DNA of 61,014 nucleotides, counting the filler, from Sphacelaria rigidula (lineage: Eukaryota): NCBI GenBank assembly GCA_964200075.2. It is 7 parts of 7 records of this genome, joined end to end, with 100 filler letters (N's around TTAATTAATTAA, not from the genome) between each part and the next. Parts side by side here need not be neighbours in the genome. Positions count along the whole stretch, not along the records: positions 43,655 to 52,284 come from CAXNAA020010551.1; positions 52,385 to 61,014 come from CAXNAA020010552.1; 5 more parts are not named here. One strand, written 5' to 3'. Position numbers and translations under genes: made by a program. The notes under the pieces are model-generated. The model saw nothing but the letters and a program-made list of their open reading frames with translations, was not told where the DNA came from and searched no databases. This document shows positions 50,101 through 61,014 of the stretch, piece after piece. Position 1 is the stretch's first letter; each line of letters opens with the position of its first letter.

Positions 50101-53100
50101 TTCGGTCACAGTTTCATGTTTATGGAAGAAATAAGACGTCTTACGAGGAAGAGTCCTGCAGTGCGGGTGGAACGATGAGGAAAAGTGCATAGGAAAAAGA
50201 TTGCAGCGGGACTGAGAAAGAGGGCAACGGTCGATAGGCCGTAGCATTCCCTCCGTTCGCACCGATGTCTCGAGGTTATTGTGTTTGTTTACAGAGAAGA
50301 CGATGTTGGTTGATGGAAGTGGGAAGGGATGATATTATGATGATGAGAACAATATTTACGAGACGAGGAATAGGACCGCGGGTATGAATGATGAGATGAC
50401 GTGCGAAGATTGCAGTAGAAGACGAAATCGACTCCCGGTGTAGAAAAAGTGTGTTTTTACGGCACCACCAGCAGGAAAAAAAATCCCGACCCAGGACTCG
50501 AACTCAACTCGGTGTGAAAAAACAGCGTTCTACTCACGCACTACGAGCAAAAATAGGTGGATACAGGGTTCGAACACCAACCAACTTCTTGCACGTCCAT
50601 GAGTGTACGTTTCACCTACAGAATACACGTGCATCATGTTCAAAGTGTCGCGCCGAATATCATCTTGTATAAATGCTCAACTTTGAATATATTGTCATGA
50701 TTCCAATATATTATATACAGTATAAGAAGCTCGAGTGCGGGCGTGTGCGGGCATTTTACACACATTCCAGTAAAATCACGTGGACGGGTTCGAACAATGG
50801 GTAAACAAATTGAACATGAAAAATACCGGAGCATTGGGTGCCCGACCAGTACCGAGTAGCCGCCCTGGTGCAGGATACAAAGATGAGTAAAAGTTCTCGC
50901 AGACGAGCTTAGTGCATGACCGCGACTATGTGCTGGCTCAGTGGACACATCGTGAGACATTGATCACATTTTTAGCTTGTTCCGTCAACGATTGAGGGCA
51001 AAATCAGAGTCTGCGTCCCGTTTTCTACTTGGGGTATACAGGACGGTTCAACCTTGTTTTGTACTGTACTGTCAAAAGAGCGACTTGGCCTCGGCAGGCA
51101 AGTAGAACGCTTGCTCTACATAGACGGCCTCCGAGGAAAACCTCGCGCTACAGGACGACTGTCCGAGAGGCATATACTCCTTTATATACCGAGGTGGTGA
51201 AGTCTCCAACATCCAAAGTCAGAGAAGACGGGGCCACGTGCCGATTTGTACATGGTCGGATGCGGTCGTCACGTTTGAAGATCACAACAACAGTACAGTA
51301 CAGTTGCGGCCGGGAGATGAGAAACGTCAATTTGGGGTTAAGGCTCGAAGTCTTATTTCGGGTGCGAACACCAGCATGAGTTGTGTTTTTTCTTATATTG
51401 AGTTTTCTTATATTATGCCGGCACAAAGGACTCAGGCCTAGCGGTCGCACAAAGCACAGCCCCAACCGGCATCGATCGCGCCGCATGAAACAGCCGTAAA
51501 TAAAAAACGTATGCCGCTCCCACAAAAAGTACAGTTTAGCAGGGGGGGGGGGGGGTGAGGGGGGGTCTAGATGTAGAAGGTACGTTTCTTAGTTCGGAAG
51601 GGGCTCCCCAGTCACCTAGTTTATTATTTCTTATGGCTATTTCAGGTATGTATCCGCGCTGTTTCTTATTTTTATGTTTCTTATCTTGTCGCCCAGTTTG
51701 AGGTGTGTTTCTCAGTCTATTTTTATTATTTTCCCTCAAAGGCCCAGCCTAATTTTCTCAAGTATATTTTTTTAAATTACGGGCCGCAACTGTAGTCTCA
51801 ATACTTGTAGTCGTCTTGACTGGATGATACTACTGTTCTTACTGTCTGTGTTTGACCATGACATCGGGGGAGTAGTCCATCTCGGTCATGTATACATTTT
51901 TGATGTGAAATTGATGCCGATTCAATCCATGACCTCTCGCTGCCTGCGTTTTGTCGGTACTGTACTATTTCTTACATCCCTTGCACCGGCAATCATTTGC
52001 GTCGGAAGCTTTCAACTCCAGACTGAGATTGACACAACGTCAGCATTCAGCGCCGTATTGCACTAGACTTCGTTTCACGCCCCTCCTTGTGTGCGAGAAG
52101 CTGTCGGTGCACCCACACACCGACAATCAGCACCGTGAACTCTCTGTTCTTTATGTCGTTATGTACTGTCTGTACTCCAGCATAGATAGATTGCTTGCAC
52201 CAAGTAATCATCTGCTTCGGAGATATTGCAGGACCACCGCAATCTCGCGTCCGTTCGAACGGTCGCGAACGCAGGTGTACCCCCNNNNNNNNNNNNNNNN
52301 NNNNNNNNNNNNNNNNNNNNNNNNNNNNTTAATTAATTAANNNNNNNNNNNNNNNNNNNNNNNNNNNNNNNNNNNNNNNNNNNNGTTATCGCACTATAAA
52401 GGACAAAAAACATATAGTGCGCGAGGTCGATATAGTGCGGGTCAAAAGCCGTGTCACATACCCGCACTATATAGGCCCCCCTACTGTATGGTGATTGGAA
52501 CCAGCGATGTTTCGTCCGGACGTTGAAAAGCTAAATGGCAAGATTGACATGAAGCCATCTCCTTCCTCGGACCGGGTCGGTACGAGTAGCGTCAAGAGAT
52601 CGACCCGCACCTGCTGCGCTACTTGCCTTGCGGTACATGATAGAAGTTTAGACTAGCATTCCTGCACCCCGTCGTCTCTTGTCGAATTATCTCTTGCTAT
52701 TCGCGTCCTGACGCTTTCACCGACGAAAACAAGACTCTGCTCTGAAATACCGCATCTGTGCAAACCGCGACCAATCGCCCCAGCTGGTCAGTGTGGTACA
52801 ATTCACAAAATCGAGTGGGGCGGCGTGGGCGTGTACAAAAGGGATCGCGGTCGACGATAGCGAGCTGCACAGCGCGTGAGCGAAATGAACCATGTCATCA
52901 GAACTCACGTGGTGCCCCTGTGCTCCGGTCGCTTATAATGTACTGTAAGCGACACTTCCGCATTGGCTGGACGATTACACCGAACGATGGCGAGTGTTTG
53001 CGTAGTAAAATTCTACCTTTCATTTGATGAAGGCATTGCTGTTTGAACATGTTGAGCATCATTTTCTCTCTCGCGTGCTGTACGTGTTCGCGTGGGGTTG

Positions 53101-53574
53101 CAACGCAGCCGGAAGCTGCGGGAAGCCGGGTGGCGAGTGGTTGAGAACGGCAACAGAGAGGATGGCCAGGTGAGCGTATGTACATTCCAACACGCTTTCC
53201 ATGCATTTGTTTTGGTGTACAGTACTCGCACTCTTCCTTCATTTAATTGCGATTCTCATTGCGAGGTCATCCATTCATGCATGTCTATACAATGTAAACG
53301 TTTTTTGGCTTGCTTCTATTCTAGTGTATTAGTTCATGAAGGCTTCTGCAGTGGACATCTCAGAACATTCATCGCCAAACGGTTCACCAGGTTGCTGGAA
53401 ATTCCTCGAAGTACAGGCAATTGTCCCACCAGCCCCTGAAATTCTGTGTGCTCATATTTTGATCAAGCCTCCGGCCGCGGTTGCTACCGTAGGAGAAACC
53501 CTAGGTACGGACCAAAGTCTCGTGACTCCCGCTAAAGCGAGGGACATTTGAAAAATGATACCAGAGTGATGCTA

Positions 53575-53783
53575 CGGTAGGGGTAGAGAAATAATTTCTG
53601 AGATTAGAATTGTTAGGAGCCCCTCATCTCATCCAAAACACGAGTTGTAAAAATATGCGAGGGTACGCCAGGATTACTATTTCAATGTGCTGGGGATATC
53701 CCGAATAANNNNNNNNNNGCATCTAGTATCGTTAGGAGCCCCTGAACCAGACAAAATTTCGCGAAAAAAGTGCACCCCTACCG
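53575..53783. mobile_element. Small TA-flanked MITE (contains a 10-N gap)
   Basis: ATGCTA|CGGTAGGGGT ... ACCCCTACCG|TAGCAT; internal direct repeat GTTAGGAGCCCCT. Confidence 0.7.
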
Positions 53784-54646
53784 TAGCATTGCTCACCAGT
53801 AGGACTACAGGGAGGATGATTCCAGCAAGCTCGTTGATTCAAATCCATGGCTCTAGCATAATTTGTTTTTTTCGACCCCAACCGTAACCACTACCCTCGG
53901 GCGGGGGGTAATCGAGGCAAAGCGTGCAATGGCAGAGCGCAAATCGGCGCCGAGTTGGGTCAACGCCTGCTGCGCACCCTCGGCAAACCTTCGGGACTGT
54001 GAGCCTCGCAAAACCTCAATATGAAGGTCTTGATCGCTTGATTGATTATCTCACCTTATTAGCTGATTGCAACAATCCAGCCCGTGGTCAGGAGCAGTAA
54101 AAAAACAAACATAATGAGAAAGAGAGAAAGGAAGAAACAGAAGACAGAATCAACAAGCACAGAGAGGGAATAAGAAAGGAAGGTCTACACCAAAGCCAGT
54201 CATGTTTCAACTGTAAAGATGCGTAGCTGAATTAGCGCTGCTGAGCAAATGTACCTTGTGCGGTAGTCAAACTTCAAATTTGGTTTTCACTCAAGCGGGA
54301 TTTCCCCCGCAGATGATTTGTCACCTTCGCTCGAGAACTTGGGGGTCGATACAGTACTGGGCGCCTCGACTCTTCATATTGATAACTGCTACATAGTTGG
54401 CGATTTTGTTAGGTTATTTCGCTTGCCACCGCTCATCGCATTGAGGATTTGAAAATACTTGTATCCGCGCCACATTCCAAGAAATTAAGATACTCTGTAT
54501 TGAGTGACTCACGGGCTTACCGGTCATGGAAGGTCCTGCCACGTTTCAGCCCAGATTCTGACTCTCAAGTATTTTCGGTCGATCGAGCCTGTCCCGATCG
54601 TATTTGTGAAAAAATATACAGGATTGTTTTTTAAAAATTTCACCTA

Positions 54647-55072
54647 CAACACGGGATTTTACAAATTGAGAATGGACCCTTTATTGTCGATGAAAACCCG
54701 TAGAAATAAAATATCCACACCAAATCTTCGAAGTAGGCTTTCATTTCTTCAACTGCTGGTAGCTGTTGACAACTACCACAAGCCATGAAAATTGGGATTT
54801 TGATAACCGAAATGTCGGGGTCCTAGGTGAAAAACCAAATCTGGGGGATATTAGGTGTCCGGTCGGACGCCAAATTTGTTTCTTGACCTAGGACCTCCGA
54901 TATTTCGGTTATCGAAATCCAAATTTGTTTGGCGTGTAGTAGTTGTCAATAGCTACCAGAAAGTGAAGAAATGGAAGCATACTTTGAAGATTTGGTGTGG
55001 ATACGAAGGTTTTAATTTCCAGGTTTTCATCCCAATAAAAGATCCATCCCCAATTCGTAAAATCCCGTGTTC
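54647..55072. mobile_element. Foldback MITE (~425 bp, ~195-bp arms), TA flanks
   Basis: TA|CAACACGGGATTTTACAAATTG ... CAATTCGTAAAATCCCGTGTTC|TA with arms matching throughout. Confidence 0.85.
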
Positions 55073-55843
55073 TACTCATTGCACTAGAGCCGAATAACTG
55101 TTTTTCACAGTCACTAACACCCTCCTGGTAAACGGGTATTTACTCGTATCGTCCGATAACTCCAAGTAACACTAACTTGCGCCCTGGGGGGGTGGAGGCG
55201 ATCTGTTCATTTTATCAAAATCTACCGACGCTAGCACTTTCAACTTCTATCGAAGAGTAGTCGCAATAAAAAACCTTCTCAACAATAAATAGTTCAGGCG
55301 CCCAGTACTATACGTATTGGAAAGTGAAGCAGTTCATGCTCAGGGCATATTTGCCAAATTTATGTTGAAACGATACAGAGTAAGACCTCGTTTTCCGAGG
55401 GGATGTTATTGACAGTGTATGGCCGAAAAATACGGATTCTTCGGCCCTAGCGCAACGAATACCGAGAAAATCGAGAACCCAAAGATATATAATTATTCAT
55501 TATGACGCTCCAGATCGGTTCGGTCAAGCGAAAATCTCGTGAAGCAAGGGCCGGGAGCTGTACACTCGTAGGACCCCCAAAGACCGGTGAGCTCGTACCT
55601 CGTCCAGAATTGGGGAATATATTTTTCTCTCGAAATTTGTGTCAGGTACTAACGTCTCTCGTATTCCCAAAGTTTGGGATCGAACAGCAACCGTGATGAG
55701 TCGTGGTAACCGAAAAATCTGAACACATCGCTTTGAATAGAAAATGCTTTGTTTAATGTGTGACTAGTATATCGGCACCGCAGGCGGCGGAATGTGACCC
55801 CTTCCCCCTTCCTGGGTGATTGCGTGTCCCTACCGTCCCCGCC

Positions 55844-56170
55844 GCACCCCGGTGGTGTAGTGATCCGAGTGTCGCCATTAGGGTGGAAAGACCGAGGGTT
55901 CAAGTCCCGATGCGTTGGGGTTTTTCTCGGTAATGTCTGATTCCCGCCGTGGAAAGCGTGAGAACGTGAGTAAATAAAGTAGTCGACTGAGTTTGTTTGA
56001 CGGGAATTGATGCGGTGCGGGAGTGCTAATGGTCATGATCCAATCCGCGAGACTAAAACGTGAGGCGTGTACATACCGGGGGAGAGATGGGTTAATCACT
56101 CGAGACCACAGACTCCTCCCGAGGAAGGGGAGGGGTTCAAAGTGCGACAAATAAATAAAGAAAAGAAAAA
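55844..56170 (+). mobile_element. tRNA-derived SINE with A-rich tail; related 3' part at ~38825-38920
   Basis: A box TGGTGTAGTG, B box GGTTCAAGTCC, body ending GAGGAAGGGGAGGGGTTCAAAGTGCGAC-AAATAAATAAAGAAAAG. Confidence 0.7.
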
Positions 56171-59100
56171 TATCGTTGCCCTGTCGAGAACGGTTACGGC
56201 CACACCCTGCGTTCGCACCGTCGTGAATCTTATGGTTGGGAATATGGGAGGGAGGGGCAGTGCCCCGACCCCCCGTAGTCTTTGGAAACTGAGACGCAAC
56301 CTTACGGAGGAGTGTAGGTGATTAGGTTATGATAACGACGACATCATGAGGGAAATCTAATGTATGTAACCAGAGCTGATTCTGAGCCTGTCGTGCAGCA
56401 CGGAAAAAGCACTCGAGGGGTAGAGCTCACGACGGTGTGCATGTCGCCAGTGGCCGCCTGAAAGGAAGCATCACTTCATCTCGATAGGCAGCGACCTACC
56501 CATTGTACCTCATCGATCGCATCGCTCATGACCAGCCATTCGGTTGGACGATTGATTGATCCGTCGATTGACCGCTGTCATCACATTAGCGGATACGATA
56601 CGAACCCAGCCATAGTCACGAGATATGGACGATCACCGAAGGTGAATGAACGGGAGCAATTCGCTATGTTAAATAGGGCGAAGTGTTGGATTGATCAAAA
56701 ACGAAGGCAAAAGCGTCAAAACGAAAAGCATGAAAGAGAAGCGCGTGTACACACATCAATTAGTTGATGAACTCAGCTGTGAGCGTCGGCAGCAAATGCG
56801 GGCAGCGTAGCTTCTCGGCAGATTTGATGGGCTGTTGCATCAGATATCCCCTTATTTATGTTCACCGCCATAGCAAGAGTAGTGGGTCCCACCATAGTCG
56901 TGTGGGATTGCAAGGGCGGTGTGACTGCTCAGATGGTTTGTCTAGCGTTCATAATGTCTGGTGACGTTGCTGTAAAAATACTATCGCGCACCTCATTTAA
57001 AAAACACTCTTGATCGCACAATTCTATGATCAACCATGTATGCCCTGTGTATGCTGTTATTTCCTCGGCTCTTTTTCTTTTGTTCCGTGCGCGTTTTCCT
57101 TTTGTTCCGTGCGCGTTTGCTTCTCCTCCGCATATCACAGGGCCACTTCAGCCCAGCATCCTTGGGCTACCAGGAACAACACATCCAACGGACGTGACAG
57201 GCCTAACGGAGGCCCGTCTGCCCATCTGTTTGTTGCTGGTGGCAAACGACCACGACAAACGGCATGCCATGCTTTTACTTGGGTCGGTCGAGATATTTTT
57301 TGAGCCGAGAGAGTGCGAGATTGCACGGTAGCACGCGAACCTGCCTGAAGTGGCGTTCGTCATGCTACTTCAGACGTGTGGAGTGGTACTGCCGGACGGC
57401 ACTGCCGCCGGGCTAAAGTGTACGAGATAACGTTGGCTACGAAACGCAAGGTTTCGATGGCCCATCGATTTCTTGGAATACGCAGCAGAGCCCTAGGATA
57501 GAGGGGGGGCAGAGGATGGGCACTTTCCCCCACAGTCATTGTTTCTTTCACGGTTTCCCTTTTTTCAGATATCCGGTTGCCTACATCCCAGACCTGCAGA
57601 TGAAACGATAGATATAGCATTCAAAAATTGTGAGACACGTGCACCGCTACTCTGAATGCAAGCCTCAAGCTACGTTTTGAGTAGTACGAAGTCGCGCCGG
57701 GTCCAATCGAAAAGTAAAACGCGGAAGATGTTGCAATGCGGCACAGACTCGAAAGATCAGGCACACACGAGGTGTAATTTTGTGGACAGTAGTCATGCAC
57801 GACGGCACTGGTACTTCGTGCAACAGCCCTTTTTTAAGTTGGGCCCGCGATGTGCTGCATAAGACGCTTGCGGAAGCCAGCTGAGAGGCTAGAGTCGCCA
57901 CGGTAACCGGAAGAACATGGGGAAAAGCTGCCCGAAAGCTCTTTGGCTGATGGATAGTTTGACCTTACAACACCTTGCCCGAGGCGACAAAACAGTGAGC
58001 CCCTGCCATGCCGGCCTTTCGATCTTTGCGGAGTTGCTTGTGTGTGATCACCCAAATGCATTGTAGATCTGTTGACTCTTTGACCACCACGGTGGGTCAT
58101 GTCTTGAATCGATATCATTTTCACGTGAAGAATGAATTCAAGGCCCACATTACTCACCGTGGTGACCGGTTTGTGATTGGGTGTTCGTGGGGTATGATGT
58201 GCGACTGTAGTCCAGTGCAACAGGTAGCAGGTGACAGCCTGAGCGAGGGTGACTGTCGATGGTGTATGGTGTAGTCAGCCAGCAGTAGTGTTCCACTGGG
58301 GAATACTTGAGTGCGGGACATGTTGTTGGAGGGGGTTTGATAGAGAGAGGGGGTAATGACGTGGAAGGGTGTGCTTTTGGGCCTGTGGTTGCGTGAGCGA
58401 GTGCTGTTTGTTTTTTTCTAACGAGGCATGGGTGACGTGTCCTTGTTTGAAATAGTGAGGAAGGGAATTTTGTGCCACGAGATGATCTTATTGTATCGGC
58501 CCAACCACCTGAAGATAGCCTAGACAAGGGGGCACCATGAAAAATTGTGGAGGAATATGGGTCCTCGCAGTGTTTATTCGGTATCTCTTCGCCTTTTGTT
58601 TCGCGGGAATCGGTTATTTGTGCTCTCATCCTGCTTTCCCCTGTTTCGTTTGTCTCTCGCTCCAGTTCAGTCTACTTTGTTTGTTGTTATATCTTTTTCA
58701 CCGTCTTTTCTGTTTCTCAAATTTCCTGCTGTGAATGTTTGCGTTTAGGTCATGTTGGGTACGCTCATCCTATGGATATGACCACCACTAGATCCCTCGG
58801 AAATCACTTTATATCCATATGCAACAACCCTTAAATCAATCGCCATTGTCGAAGCTCGATTTTGGGGACGGGGGGCAAGTATTGGAGTCTAGGGTGATGC
58901 CAGAAAATAAGTCGGTTATAGTGTACCATCGGGTGATTGCTCGACTTGCAGTGTGACGTCAAATGAGTACTTGGTTTTGGTATCGCAGTTGGAGAAAGAC
59001 AGTACACACCGCGTGGTTCACCGACCCGAGCAGCGCAGGCTACGGACCGCGAATCGTACCAGTAATTTCATACCTGCTCTACTATACGTTTAGTTCCCAT

Positions 59101-61014
59101 CATCGCTTCTGTAGCCTCCTCTGTTCTCTCCTGCTGTCCCCAACTCTCTCCATACATTTGTGCTTTCATCCCGGTATATGCAAGCGGCAGTTTGGTGCCT
59201 CGCTTCCGTAGGGTTCGTGACTGAGAGTTTCAAACCCAAAATAGAGAGGTTGGAATAGAGGAGCGGCAATCTGATGACACGGCTTTCATTGTTGACGATT
59301 GGATATGAGTGTCACATTTTGCGCAAGACCGTTTGCACCGGAGACATGTTGCAGAGACCGACCATATTGTTATTTTTTGTGTTTTTTGTGTTTTTGTTTT
59401 TATCTTTTCTGGGTCGATTCTCTGCCCTACCTTTCTATATATTTCCAGTTTTCTTCAGCGAGTTTTCATGTGTTTGTTTCATCTCGGGTACGTCCATCAC
59501 GTGACCACGGCTGGACCCCTGGGGGATCAATCAGTTGAGGTTCGACAATCCGTAAATCAATGTGCGTGAATTGTGGGATAACGAGGCAAACGCCACTACT
59601 ACTGCAACCTGTAGAACCTGACTACGGGGAGACGCTGTGTCACCAAGCAGGGACATCGTCTACATGACTATTCTTGTTAGTTTTTCGCTTTAAGACAGCG
59701 CCATATTCGGAGCATTCGGCACTGTGTAGTAACAAACGAATAGCGCTGTCAGCCATTGCTCGCGAGGTTTCTGGCAGCATGTAATTAACAACGTGCCCCG
59801 CAGGGTGAATCGGGGGGAGATGCTTGTGTCGATTACCTGTGAGCCAGGGCGCCATCACAACGTTGCTGTCACAATAGGGAAATGCACGCACGGTATATGT
59901 GGCAGCGAGTGGATTAATCACGAAGCGTGAGAATGAATAATGAAAACCCGTAACGATGAGAAGTGGATTCCTCGACAAAAATTGCGTTCACCCAACTCAA
60001 TCCGCCGAAAACAGCAGTCTTTATGTAGGAAGAGTTCATTCACGAGTTTTCCGTGTGGTACATGCGCTGATATATCGACGTCAAGTTCCCAAACCTCGAG
60101 AGGAGGTTGAGGCTCTGTCGGCGAAAACAGAAAAAACGTTGCAAGGTTGTGTTCTGTAGGGTACGGGTTTTTGTAAACCCGGGGTATTTTCTTGAGTACT
60201 ACCTGTATCTGAACGTCATGTTACTTCTGTAAGACTTTTGTACACCGACCCGATAGTTCTCAGTTATATAATAAGATGTCCCTACTCATACCCGATAGTT
60301 CTGCAAGTTCTGTAAGCCTCTCAGACTCGATCCTACCCGGGGTTTGGTTATACCCTTGTAGATATATCCGACGCAGGTACGAACACAGGTATATATACCC
60401 TGGGAACGTATGGATATAGGTCAAATCCCGACACACTGCCGTGATCTCGACTACTCCCCCGAACCCCCATCAATCAATCCCCCCTCGTTCACTCGACACC
60501 ACACACCCACAGAAATCAAATTGATACATTTTGTACACGGACGGGCTACAGGGTACCCTCAGGTGGAGACACGAACATGAGCAGCAATGCAATCCGTCAG
60601 GATGGATCACCTCCAGACTGGAGTGGGGGCGGTTCATCTGTGCTGTAAGGGGGATCAAATAGTGACGTGCAGATCACCGACGTTGATGGTGGTTGTGTCC
60701 AGGGTTGTGCTCCGTAGGGTAAGCCTTTTCGTACACCACGGATGTTTTTCCCGGGTATATTGTCCGTACCTGACAGCTTTGTGACTTCTGTGAACCTGTG
60801 ATGTCGGTGGCCGACAGTTCTGTAACTATTCTCTTTGTGGACAGGACGTGCCTCTCCACCTCTCTTTGTAGATGGGATTTTCACACGAGACACTCTCTAC
60901 GATAGCCCCCCCCCAAAAAAAAAAGGTGCCCGGTTTGGGGAGGGAAAATCTTGACGTAAATTGAAATGGAAAAGGCCGAGCACAACGAGCAGCTGGGAAT
61001 TCCCCAGCGTGCGT

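Noticed and set aside
57100-58310. Plavaka/CMC-like transposase remnant (..PVCDWVFVGY..)
   Set aside because: Only one short motif amid many stops and frameshifts; cannot be supported without a profile search

Overview
Eukaryotic, repeat-dense nuclear DNA, most likely a brown alga (Phaeophyceae, Ectocarpus-like; inferred from repeat types, GT-AG exon structure and gene style, not from a search). The window is not one locus. It is seven contigs of 8631, 8631, 8631, 8631, 8630, 8630 and 8630 bp joined by six identical 100-bp spacers (N44-TTAATTAATTAA-N44), so adjacency across spacers means nothing. Recognisable content: (i) three in-phase minus-strand exons of an ataxin-3/Josephin deubiquitinase with two UIMs and possibly the start of a UBX domain; (ii) a probable first exon of a signal-peptide-bearing protein; (iii) two different decayed Ty3/gypsy retrotransposons, one with a truncated chromodomain and one with a very long gag region and an expanded zinc knuckle; (iv) many MITEs/foldback elements, CAC-terminated (CMC/CACTA-like) elements with palindromic 41-bp arrays, and tRNA-derived SINEs. 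The most unusual signal is a LINE plus SINE-like partner that share a 3' end, terminate in poly(C) rather than poly(A), and are stacked serially at one G-run target with repeated target-site-like duplications. A possible histone-fold remnant inside a long-TIR element is also noted. No CRISPR, rRNA or convincing functional tRNA gene was found.
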